The position numbers and the translations under genes are program-made. The notes beneath the pieces were generated by a model. It did no database searches. It was given only the letters and a program-made list of their open reading frames with translations, and had not been told where the DNA came from. Positions 40,049-48,211 of a stretch of DNA of 64,000 nucleotides are shown here, piece after piece; the stretch's first letter is position 1; each line of letters opens with the position of its first letter. The DNA is from Promethearchaeota archaeon (lineage in GTDB: Archaea > Asgardarchaeota > Lokiarchaeia > Sigyniarchaeales > SOKP01): the NCBI GenBank assembly GCA_048938025.1, contig JBHLMP010000008.1:24525-88524 (forward strand), given 5' to 3'.

Positions 40049-41272
40049 ATGGCTGATTTAAGTCAAATAAAAGGAATCAACGCCCGTCAGATTAAACTAC
40101 TCCAAGAGAATGGGATCAGTACACCAGAAGCATTGGCAATGTCCCCCAGTAATATCGTATCCAAGATCGATGGGTTAGGTGATAAAACAGCAAAAAAACT
40201 CATTTGGAACGCAAGAAACGCTTTAGGGATGACTGAATTTGTCCCTGCGGGAGAAATTGATGATAATGTAGAATATATTACTACTGGATCAACGGAGCTA
40301 AATCGAATTCTGGGAGGAGGCTTTCAGACAGGAAAATTAACTGAGGTTTATGGACCGTTTAAGTCAGGTAAAACGGCTTTAGCACATACTATAGCTGTTA
40401 CTGTTCAATTGTCCCTTAAAAAAGGAGGACTCAATGGCTCAGTTGCATATATTGACACAGAAAATACCTTCTCTAAGGAAAAAATTAAGCGTATTGCTAA
40501 ACGTTTTGGTCTAAGTCCAAAAGAAATATTAGCAAAAATATTTCATGCACGAATTTATTCTTCTGATCATCAGTCTCAGATGATCCAAAAGGCAGAGACT
40601 TTATGCAAAACCCGTGGGGTAAGATTGATTGTTGTGGATAGCTTGATGGCTTTGTTACGTTCTGAATATGTGGGAATTGGAAGCCTTGCCCCTCGACAAG
40701 CGGTTCTTAATAATATGATTCATGGTCTTTCCCGAGTTGCTGAGACATACAACTGTGCTGTGTTGCTGACGAATCAAGTAGCTGTTAGGATGATGGGAAT
40801 GTTCTCTGCGGATGATGCTATAGGCGGGAATATTGTTGCTCACGGTTGTCATTTCAGAGTAATGTTTAAGACAAAAGGATTTTCTTCAAATAATTCATTG
40901 ATGCGAAGAGCGGTAATCGTGGACGCTCCTGATTTGCCCCCAGAAGAGTGTGAGTTCTTTATAACAAGCGCAGGGATTGCTGATACAGATAGAGTGGATC
41001 TTCCTGAAGCACCTGGATTAGACTTTAAGGTTGAAAAATTGTATGAAGAAAGTGATGATACTGAAGATTCTATGGAAGAAGGAAATTTATCTTTAATTGA
41101 AGTGAAAGGTATTGGCAAAGGAACAGCAGAGAGCTTGAAGGCTTTTGGAATCCATACCATTGAGGAACTTTTAGGTATCGATCCAGAAGAGCTATCAGCG
41201 AAAATGAGCGGAGTATCTCCAAATAAGGTACTTGAATGGCAAAAAAGTGCCAAGATATTAATAAAAACTTAA
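40049..41272 (+). CDS. radA: RadA recombinase paralog with additional C-terminal HhH domain
   Basis: N-terminal HhH, FVPA (FxxA), GPFKSGKT, YIDTENTF, IVVDS, TNQV, IGGNIVAH; C-terminal LIEVKGIGKG. Confidence 0.92.
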   Translation: MADLSQIKGINARQIKLLQENGISTPEALAMSPSNIVSKIDGLGDKTAKKLIWNARNALGMTEFVPAGEIDDNVEYITTGSTELNRILGGGFQTGKLTEVYGPFKSGKTALAHTIAVTVQLSLKKGGLNGSVAYIDTENTFSKEKIKRIAKRFGLSPKEILAKIFHARIYSSDHQSQMIQKAETLCKTRGVRLIVVDSLMALLRSEYVGIGSLAPRQAVLNNMIHGLSRVAETYNCAVLLTNQVAVRMMGMFSADDAIGGNIVAHGCHFRVMFKTKGFSSNNSLMRRAVIVDAPDLPPEECEFFITSAGIADTDRVDLPEAPGLDFKVEKLYEESDDTEDSMEEGNLSLIEVKGIGKGTAESLKAFGIHTIEELLGIDPEELSAKMSGVSPNKVLEWQKSAKILIKT

Positions 41273-41313
41273 TTTTTTTTTATTTTTTTTTAATTACGAT
41301 TTCTTAAACAATA

Positions 41314-42327
41314 TTATAAATTCAAGTTTAAGACATTCCGCTTTCTATGATAGATTACGATTCCTATTACTATTACGGCTAAGACTCCTATGATAGCCAC
41401 GAAGCTAATTGTCCATTCTTTCGGGATTGAGACAATAAAGGTAGGAGTATCTGTTCCATTGGTAGGTTCGGGTTCGGTTCCGTTTATGACATTGCTACTT
41501 TTACTACCCTCAATTACAGCATAGGCAATATTTACATGAGGAACATCACAATAAATAGTTAAATACACAGAATAGAGTCCCTGAATTGCAGTTCCAAATT
41601 TAAAGCTTATTACTTCAGTCACTTCTGGAAGGGATTTATCTTCATAAATGATATATTCAATATCTTCTGGGCAAGTAATAGTATAGTTAAGTTCTACATT
41701 ATAACTCTTATTTGCCGATATTGATGACACTCTTCCAAAATAGAAGTTATAGTAATAATCCGTTTTTAGATAGATATATTCTTGTATCGATTCTCCATCA
41801 TAAAATTTTTTTACATTATACAGTTCTCTATCTTCAAACGCTTCGGGATCAATATTATGGCGCAAGCATCCTTCCCCTTCTTCTATTTTTATACGGATGT
41901 TTAAATTATATTCCAATTTAACAACAAATAACATACTATAATTTCCACTTAGTGCAGTTCCAAAAGGAATTTCTGAGTTTTCCCCCTGATTCATATTCTC
42001 TCGATAATAAAGTTCATATTGGGAATCTTCAGGGTCCCATAAAGTGATATTCATCGCGCATTGATGAGGAGTCACAACCATAACCGAGATATAGTAATAG
42101 GTAAAATCTTCAAAATAGAGGCTCTTATTGAAGAATAAGGAGTTGTTAGAAGTTGTAAAAGCATATACCTTATCTATTAATTCCCCATCACTAGATTTTG
42201 GAGTAGATAACTGTATATTTTGTAATGAACTTTCTATATTTACCATACTACACCCTATTGAGAATAGTAAAATTACTAAAAGAATTGTTTTTAATCCTAA
42301 TTTCCCTTTTTTACTATTAATAGCCAT
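41314..42327 (-). CDS. Secreted beta-rich surface protein with C-terminal TM anchor
   Basis: Signal-like N-terminus, two internal repeats (FGTA.xG.YS), P/T linker, TM plus HRKR. Confidence 0.7.
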   Translation of the reverse strand: MAINSKKGKLGLKTILLVILLFSIGCSMVNIESSLQNIQLSTPKSSDGELIDKVYAFTTSNNSLFFNKSLYFEDFTYYYISVMVVTPHQCAMNITLWDPEDSQYELYYRENMNQGENSEIPFGTALSGNYSMLFVVKLEYNLNIRIKIEEGEGCLRHNIDPEAFEDRELYNVKKFYDGESIQEYIYLKTDYYYNFYFGRVSSISANKSYNVELNYTITCPEDIEYIIYEDKSLPEVTEVISFKFGTAIQGLYSVYLTIYCDVPHVNIAYAVIEGSKSSNVINGTEPEPTNGTDTPTFIVSIPKEWTISFVAIIGVLAVIVIGIVIYHRKRNVLNLNL

Positions 42328-42634
42328 ACACCTTTAATTCTGTAAATTCAGAGATTAATTCTTTTATTGGTTGACATCCATCATATTTAGTACAGCTAAA
42401 GCATGGATGGTCTGACCAGAAATAGGCAGGCATATTAGTACGTTCAATGATGAGAATAGGATAATTGTTTAAAGGACAAAGTAATGCCGAATTGCTTATT
42501 GATCCTCTTTTAGGTAATGGATAAGAGGTCCTACATACTTCACATTTAGCAAATCGTTTATAATTCCTTGTTTTAAAGATAGTAATTGAACATTGACATT
42601 TCGGACAGGTACCGATTTCACTTAATTTTCTCAT
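42317..42634 (-). CDS. Topoisomerase-IA-type zinc-ribbon repeat protein
   Basis: IGTCPKC...KRFAKCEVC..SYPLP.RG...CP...CFSC. Confidence 0.7.
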   Translation of the reverse strand: MRKLSEIGTCPKCQCSITIFKTRNYKRFAKCEVCRTSYPLPKRGSISNSALLCPLNNYPILIIERTNMPAYFWSDHPCFSCTKYDGCQPIKELISEFTELKVYGY

Positions 42635-42681
42635 TTTTTTTCTTTTTTATGAATTAAATTAGTAGTAGGTAAAGTTCAAGA

Positions 42682-42723
42682 TATATAAAGAAAAAAGTGG
42701 ACAGGATATTTTTTGTTTAAATA
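42682..42723. promoter_or_regulatory. Back-to-back island promoter motifs
   Basis: TTTTTTCTTTATATA on - (42682-42696) and TTTTTTGTTTAAATA on + (42709-42723), facing divergent genes. Confidence 0.7.
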
Positions 42724-42747
42724 GATCCAGACGATCTTAAAAGTATT

Positions 42748-42975
42748 ATGATATTTGATTATTTTGATGGGATTGAAGAAGCAATCCAGTTTCTATTGGC
42801 TTTAGGCTCCGCTATTGGTTTGCTAGGTCTTATCGTCGGGATTCTTGGATGGATGTTTTTAGGGCAATTTAACCGTCAAAAAATGATTGGAGTGCTGGTT
42901 GCATCTGTTATCCTTTTAGCAGTATGCGGAGTTTATACTGGAATCGAATATTTTCATTTAGATATTAATGTATAA
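42748..42975 (+). CDS. Small two-helix membrane protein, VirB2/CedA1 pilin-like
   Basis: 75 aa; two Gly-rich hydrophobic helices with a short basic loop (NRQK). Confidence 0.5.
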   Translation: MIFDYFDGIEEAIQFLLALGSAIGLLGLIVGILGWMFLGQFNRQKMIGVLVASVILLAVCGVYTGIEYFHLDINV

Positions 42976-42978
42976 ATA

Positions 42979-43356
42979 TTAATTATAGCCGTCATCTGTT
43001 GATCCCGATCGACCGATTTCCACTCCGAGAAATTCAAGAACGGTACCTGTTAGCCAACACCCTATATATAGGAGAATAATGCCTACAATAAGTTTATTAG
43101 TCCATCCATAGCCTCTGGTAAAAATACCCATCACTCCTAAAAATGTATATACAGCTCCAACCATGAGACATATAGCCCCTATTGTATCAAAGATAAGGGA
43201 GAGACTCCTTCCTACTTTATATCTCCACGTAACAGCAAACAACGGAAAGAAAAGTAACACAAACACTAAAATTCCAAAAAAGATATACAAAGTCCCCTTC
43301 TTGTTATTTCGATATGTTCCTATAATTACATATTCATTCTTTTTCAAAAAATTCAC
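42979..43356 (-). CDS. Three-TM membrane protein
   Basis: Three hydrophobic segments; exact motif upstream. Confidence 0.65.
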   Translation of the reverse strand: MNFLKKNEYVIIGTYRNNKKGTLYIFFGILVFVLLFFPLFAVTWRYKVGRSLSLIFDTIGAICLMVGAVYTFLGVMGIFTRGYGWTNKLIVGIILLYIGCWLTGTVLEFLGVEIGRSGSTDDGYN

Positions 43357-43397
43357 TAAGTATAATAATTATCTTAATACCCTTTTTCTTTCGAATG

Positions 43398-43412
43398 TAT
43401 TTAAAGAAAAAA
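43398..43412 (-). promoter_or_regulatory. Island promoter motif TTTTTTCTTTAAATA
   Basis: Exact match upstream of the 42979-43356 gene. Confidence 0.7.
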
Positions 43413-43595
43413 GAAGAGCTCAGGTAAGCTACTTTTTATTTATAAAGAAATGCTATGATAATAGTAATAACTAAGTTCAATATCTCAATTGGTGAAAAAT
43501 GTATTTGGGTCTTTCTTATTTTAATTCAAAATGAAAATTATTTTAAAGTCAGCTTGATTATTTTATTAATTATAAATAGTGTTTTTTGCTTTTTC

Positions 43596-43790
43596 ATGTC
43601 AAAATACTATTGCCCCCGCTGTAAATCCAGAGATATAATAGAATATGAGACATTTATTGAATGTCCTCAATGCAGGTTAGAGTTTGAGAAAGAATTCTTT
43701 GGAGTTGTGGATGATGAGAATATGTTAGCACGACAGGAGGTAATGGGTTTTATGGATTCTTTTGACGAGAATGATGAGGATGAGTTTTAG
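43596..43790 (+). CDS. Small zinc-ribbon protein with acidic tail
   Basis: MSKYYCPRC...ECPQC; the longer start at 43455 is uncertain. Confidence 0.65.
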   Translation: MSKYYCPRCKSRDIIEYETFIECPQCRLEFEKEFFGVVDDENMLARQEVMGFMDSFDENDEDEF

Positions 43791-43870
43791 CCATCATATA
43801 ATCCTATCAACTTAATTCCTTCTTTTTTTAGCAATTAAAATTTTTTTGCTTATTTTGTATTTAATCCATT

Positions 43871-43885
43871 TTTTTTCTTTAAATA
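43871..43885 (+). promoter_or_regulatory. Island promoter motif TTTTTTCTTTAAATA
   Basis: Exact match upstream of short ORFs at 43915 and 43934. Confidence 0.6.
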
Positions 43886-44017
43886 CTCTTAATTGATCCT
43901 TATTCATCTTAATTATGAGTGAAAAGGTGAGTTATGAGAGTAAAGTGCACTAATTTTATAAAACGACTGTTCAAACTATATCATCTTATAAAAGGATGGT
44001 AGTCAATTTCAAATCTT

Positions 44018-44032
44018 TTTTTTCTTTAAAAA
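44018..44032 (+). promoter_or_regulatory. Island promoter motif variant TTTTTTCTTTAAAAA
   Basis: 21 bp upstream of ATG 44054. Confidence 0.65.
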
Positions 44033-44053
44033 TTATTACATTATTTCTATCCC

Positions 44054-45148
44054 ATGGGAGTTAAATTACAAGAGATCATTGTACGAAAACACGTAGCCTT
44101 ACAAGATCTAGAAGGGAAAATTATCGCTGTGGATGCTCCTAATATCATTATGGGCTTGTTCAATTTTGCAAGAAAGAATCCTGATGGTAAACATGCGGGA
44201 TTAATTTTAGATCGCACCCAAAGACCAATTTCCCATTTATATGGATTGATATATCGCATTAATTTTTTTTACTCTAAAAGGATCTTTCCTATTTTTTGTT
44301 TTGATGGAAGGGATTCTGAGCTGAAAAAACTCATAACTAAGGATCAGTTAAATGATTTTCGCTTCACTCAAAGTTGGTATAAGCAAGCATTAGAATGTGA
44401 TAATAAGGAATTGGCAAGACAAATTGCATTAAGCAAGGAATATATGTGGCAAAATATCATTTTGGAATCTAAACAGTTGCTAAGTGCATTAGGAGTTCCA
44501 TATATTGAGTCTCCCGCCTCTGCTGAATCGCAATGTGCCTATTTAGTAAAGGAGAGGATAGCTGATTACTCCAATTCTCAAGATTTTGACTCCTTGTTGT
44601 TCGGATGTTCCTTTTTGCTTCAAAATTTGTCGAAATCATTACGACGCAAAATACAAGGAAGATGGAAATATCAGAAAATCATCCCTCAAAAAATTAACTT
44701 ACAAAAAAATTTGGATAACTTAGAAATTACAATTTTTCAATTGGTAGATATTGGTATACTGATTGGAACTGATTATTTTCCAGGGATTCATGGTCTTGGT
44801 CCAAAAAAAGCTTTAACTCTAATAAGAAAATACCAACAAATTGAACAGGTAATAACTAATGAGAGACAAAATTATGATTTCAGCAAATTAACTCCTGAGA
44901 TCATTAAAAAAGTAAGGAAAATCTTTCTTTTCCCTATCGTGAATGAGAACATTGAAGAATTTTTATGGAATCCCCCAGATAAGTCAAATGTAATTTCTCA
45001 ATTGTGTGAGGACCATTATTTAAACCGAGAACGAGTCGTGAACAATCTGGAAAAGTTTGAAAAAAATTATGAGAAATGTAGAAATTTTTTTATCTATGAG
45101 AGAAAGCAACCCAAATCAATTCAATTGACTTTAGATCAGACTAGTTAA
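44054..45148 (+). CDS. FEN1/XPG-family 5' nuclease paralog
   Basis: MGV, IAVDA, FDG, AESQ, SQDFD, GTDY..GI.GLGPK, C-terminal QLTLDQ. Confidence 0.9.
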   Translation: MGVKLQEIIVRKHVALQDLEGKIIAVDAPNIIMGLFNFARKNPDGKHAGLILDRTQRPISHLYGLIYRINFFYSKRIFPIFCFDGRDSELKKLITKDQLNDFRFTQSWYKQALECDNKELARQIALSKEYMWQNIILESKQLLSALGVPYIESPASAESQCAYLVKERIADYSNSQDFDSLLFGCSFLLQNLSKSLRRKIQGRWKYQKIIPQKINLQKNLDNLEITIFQLVDIGILIGTDYFPGIHGLGPKKALTLIRKYQQIEQVITNERQNYDFSKLTPEIIKKVRKIFLFPIVNENIEEFLWNPPDKSNVISQLCEDHYLNRERVVNNLEKFEKNYEKCRNFFIYERKQPKSIQLTLDQTS

Positions 45149-45157
45149 TATTTCATA

Positions 45158-45172
45158 TTTTTTATTTAAATA
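45158..45172 (+). promoter_or_regulatory. Island promoter motif variant TTTTTTATTTAAATA
   Basis: Upstream of the gene at 45222. Confidence 0.6.
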
Positions 45173-45221
45173 CTTCCAATATTATTTGAGTTAAATTAGT
45201 ATCATATTACATTTTTAAATT

Positions 45222-45827
45222 ATGACAGAGACACTAAAGGAAGAAGTAATAGAGACACCTAAAGTGCTGAAATCTCCACAACGCATCCAAAAAATCGATA
45301 AAAAGCTTAGAATACGTCTTTTAAACTGTTTATTTCGCTATATATCGTTTATTGATGGGAATGAAAATCTCAGGAGGATATCAGATATAGAGTGTAAAGT
45401 GCTCTCATCGAGGACTGAGATACCTGTTTATAAAGTTCGTAAGATCCTTGATAAGTTCTTAGTTGATCTAACATATCTTAAAGAGTTTTTGCGTAGTGGG
45501 TTGCTATCCTACTCTATTTCGGATCAGGCTCGAAAAGTAAGAATTTATCTTCACAAAGTTCATCGACTTGCCCCTGTGTTTAATTATAAGAGGGCAAGAG
45601 AAAATGCAAGAAGGCTAAAATTGAAATTAGATCAGCTTTTATTTTGGCCTCAGGTTATGACTCAAGTTGCAGTTGTTATCTTTATAACCGATTTCTTGGA
45701 TAAACGATGCGATGATAATAAGCTACTGCAGACGAATTTGAGGGCGTTGTGTGATTGCTCTGCGTATGCGTTTCATAGAACTCGAAATAAAATAGGGTTA
45801 CAACAAATACTTTCAAAAAGCCAGTAA
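45222..45827 (+). CDS. Truncated TFB-like cyclin-fold protein (no Zn ribbon)
   Basis: P...VAVVIFI...LQTNLRALCDCSAYAFHRTRNKI resembles the TFB C-terminal repeat and HTH. Confidence 0.5.
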   Translation: MTETLKEEVIETPKVLKSPQRIQKIDKKLRIRLLNCLFRYISFIDGNENLRRISDIECKVLSSRTEIPVYKVRKILDKFLVDLTYLKEFLRSGLLSYSISDQARKVRIYLHKVHRLAPVFNYKRARENARRLKLKLDQLLFWPQVMTQVAVVIFITDFLDKRCDDNKLLQTNLRALCDCSAYAFHRTRNKIGLQQILSKSQ

Positions 45828-45911
45828 TGTTATTTTCTTAGGTTTTATTTTTTCTTTTTTAAATATACATTTTAGTATATTATCAAAAAGTTTCTAAGAT
45901 AGTCAAATAAG

Positions 45912-46832
45912 ATGAGTTCTAATATCGAAGATATTTATCAAACACTTCTCAATGCCGGTATTACTGAGGATGAAATTGAAAGGCAAGTAAATGAGAGATA
46001 CAACGAATTTCAGGGATTTATGTCCAAGCAGGCAGTTCTGTTTTTAATTGCAAAAGAAAATGGTTTAGATATTACCTCTTCTAGTAGTGGTAAAATCAAT
46101 CACTATGAAATAGACTATAATGATTTTGCTAGTCCAATTTCTAAAATTACGGAGACTATGAGTAATGTTGTCATCACAGGAAGGATACTTAAAATTTTTG
46201 GCACTAGAAATTTTGTTCGAAAAGATGGATCACCAGGAACAATCGGATCATTTATTATAGGTGATGAGTCAGGAACAGTAAAAATTGTTCTATGGGACGA
46301 TCAAGCGGAAATAATGGAAAATGATTATTTCCAAGCTGGTGAAATCGTTCAAGTTATTGGAGGGTATTCTAAAGTAGGACTAGATGATGAGATTGAGGTT
46401 CATTTAAGTAAGGCAGGAAAGATTATACTATCTCCCAAGGATGTAAATCTCTCACAAATTCCAAAATTAGACTCATTTAAAGATTTAAAATTACAAGGAT
46501 CTGTATCATTAAAAGAAGATCCAAGACTATCAATAAAGGACCTATATTGTAAAGAAGGGTTTATTAAATCTATAACAGGAATAATACAAATTGAAGAATT
46601 TAAAGAAATAATGAAAAAGAATGAAGATAAGACCTTTCTTTTAAAATTAATTCTAAGTGATGATACATCATCTATAAGAGTTTTAGTATGGGGCATAAAT
46701 GCTGTTGAATCTCTCAAAATTTTAAATGATGGTATTGGTGTTAAATTATCAAATGTAATGATAAAAGAAAATCCTTATAATAATGAAAAAGAATTAGTTT
46801 ATACTAAGAATTCAAGAATGAAAATTCTTTAA
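45912..46832 (+). CDS. RPA/SSB with two OB folds
   Basis: AVLFLIAKENG N-domain; FVRKDGS.G, GDESGTVKIVLW, SDDTSSIRVLVW; motif variant at 45848-45865. Confidence 0.9.
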   Translation: MSSNIEDIYQTLLNAGITEDEIERQVNERYNEFQGFMSKQAVLFLIAKENGLDITSSSSGKINHYEIDYNDFASPISKITETMSNVVITGRILKIFGTRNFVRKDGSPGTIGSFIIGDESGTVKIVLWDDQAEIMENDYFQAGEIVQVIGGYSKVGLDDEIEVHLSKAGKIILSPKDVNLSQIPKLDSFKDLKLQGSVSLKEDPRLSIKDLYCKEGFIKSITGIIQIEEFKEIMKKNEDKTFLLKLILSDDTSSIRVLVWGINAVESLKILNDGIGVKLSNVMIKENPYNNEKELVYTKNSRMKIL

Positions 46833-46856
46833 TACATATTTTCTTGATTCCTAATT

Positions 46857-46871
46857 TTTTTTCTTTAAATA
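46857..46871 (+). promoter_or_regulatory. Island promoter motif TTTTTTCTTTAAATA
   Basis: Exact match upstream of the roadblock/GTPase pair. Confidence 0.7.
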
Positions 46872-46918
46872 TTTCTCATTTAACTATCTCCTAAAATTAT
46901 ATTAAAAGTAAAGATAAG

Positions 46919-47467
46919 ATGATAAGTCATATACCAAAAGTGTTTTATGAAAATAAGATAACTGAAGTGTTGGACGAGATAAGATATAATTATGGTAAGT
47001 TGACCCGAAAGGGATACATTTACGGACTAATAACCATCGACCAAGACGCAAAGATTATTGCCATTGATTCCCGATTTGATAGGAAGTTGAATTATTGGGA
47101 TTTAAGCTCTATTGGTGCGGCATTATACGGTGTAGCACGGCAAGGGCAGGATTTTTTTGAGACTGAAGAGTTAGAACGGGCATCCTTAATTTATCGAGAT
47201 ATGCGTCTTTTTGTTAAATCTATAGGGAAAGTAGAGCTTCAGAAAAAGGGAAAGCGAGATATTTTAGTAGTTATACTGACCGATAATGAAGTCAACTTAG
47301 GAGTAATAATCTTGCAAATGAGCAATTTTGCTTTTAAGATTAGGCAAGAGATTGAAAAAAATGAAAAAATGAAAGAGACCTTGCGAATGTCTGAAGAAGA
47401 GATTAAAGCGCATATCAATAAGCTCAAGAAAGAGATTTTTAAGGATAAAATTGGTACTATTTCCTAA
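46919..47467 (+). CDS. Roadblock/MglB-like protein
   Basis: LSSIGAALYGVA...ILVVILTDNEVNLGVI roadblock pattern; upstream of an MglA-like GTPase. Confidence 0.75.
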   Translation: MISHIPKVFYENKITEVLDEIRYNYGKLTRKGYIYGLITIDQDAKIIAIDSRFDRKLNYWDLSSIGAALYGVARQGQDFFETEELERASLIYRDMRLFVKSIGKVELQKKGKRDILVVILTDNEVNLGVIILQMSNFAFKIRQEIEKNEKMKETLRMSEEEIKAHINKLKKEIFKDKIGTIS

Positions 47468-47487
47468 TTTATTCCACAGGTGATTGT

Positions 47488-48162
47488 ATGGAAATTCCAA
47501 GGGAATTCAATGATAGGAAGGTTGAAATAGGAGATGAAAAGGGAGATGAATTAGAGATTAGCGAAGATTTTGACTTCAATGATAATGAAAATATGATTCA
47601 GTTTAAAATTGTGTACTGGGGTCCAGGTGAAAGTGGTAAAACTACAAATTTCTTTCGATTAAGGGAAAAATTTGAGCTATTGAAACTGACAAGAGGATAT
47701 TCCATTGACACCACAGAGGGAAGAACTCTATGGGAAGATTCACTCTACTTATTATTTAAGTTTTCTCTTAATGACATCAAGTATAATATTATTACACACG
47801 TAGTTACGTGTACAGGACAAGAACGCTTCTTATCGACACGAGAGTATGTATTAGACGGTGCTGATGGGATAATTTTTGTTGGAGATTCTTCCCCTGAAAA
47901 AATCGAACAAAATAAAAGAAGTTTTAGAGAGTTAATTAGCTTTGCAAAATCAAAAGATATACCCTATTTAGTCCAACTGAATAAAAGAGACCTAAATAGT
48001 GCTATTCCAATAGAAAAATTTAAAGTTCACTTAGGATTGCCCTTACAAGAAACATATCCGGATGGTACATTTGTTGTATATCCAACAGTGGCATTGCAAG
48101 GAGAGAATGTTATTAATTGCTTTAAGGATCTCATCCTTCAGATTATATTTAATTGTTTTTAG
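47488..48162 (+). CDS. MglA-family small GTPase
   Basis: FKIVYWGPGESGKTTN, GRTL, TGQERF, GADGIIFV.DS, QLNKRD. Confidence 0.88.
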   Translation: MEIPREFNDRKVEIGDEKGDELEISEDFDFNDNENMIQFKIVYWGPGESGKTTNFFRLREKFELLKLTRGYSIDTTEGRTLWEDSLYLLFKFSLNDIKYNIITHVVTCTGQERFLSTREYVLDGADGIIFVGDSSPEKIEQNKRSFRELISFAKSKDIPYLVQLNKRDLNSAIPIEKFKVHLGLPLQETYPDGTFVVYPTVALQGENVINCFKDLILQIIFNCF

Positions 48163-48211
48163 TAAGCAAACTTCAATAAGTAAATTCTAGAAATTATTAT
48201 ATGGTGATCAA

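Noticed and set aside
26371-46832. Calling the cluster meiotic
   Set aside because: No Spo11/TopoVI-A, Hop2-Mnd1, HAP2-like fusogen or MutS-gamma gene is visible; only an analogy is justified
17259-46871. T6C-TATA motif as mere poly-T terminators
   Set aside because: Occurs in divergent intergenic regions and at recurring spacing from start codons
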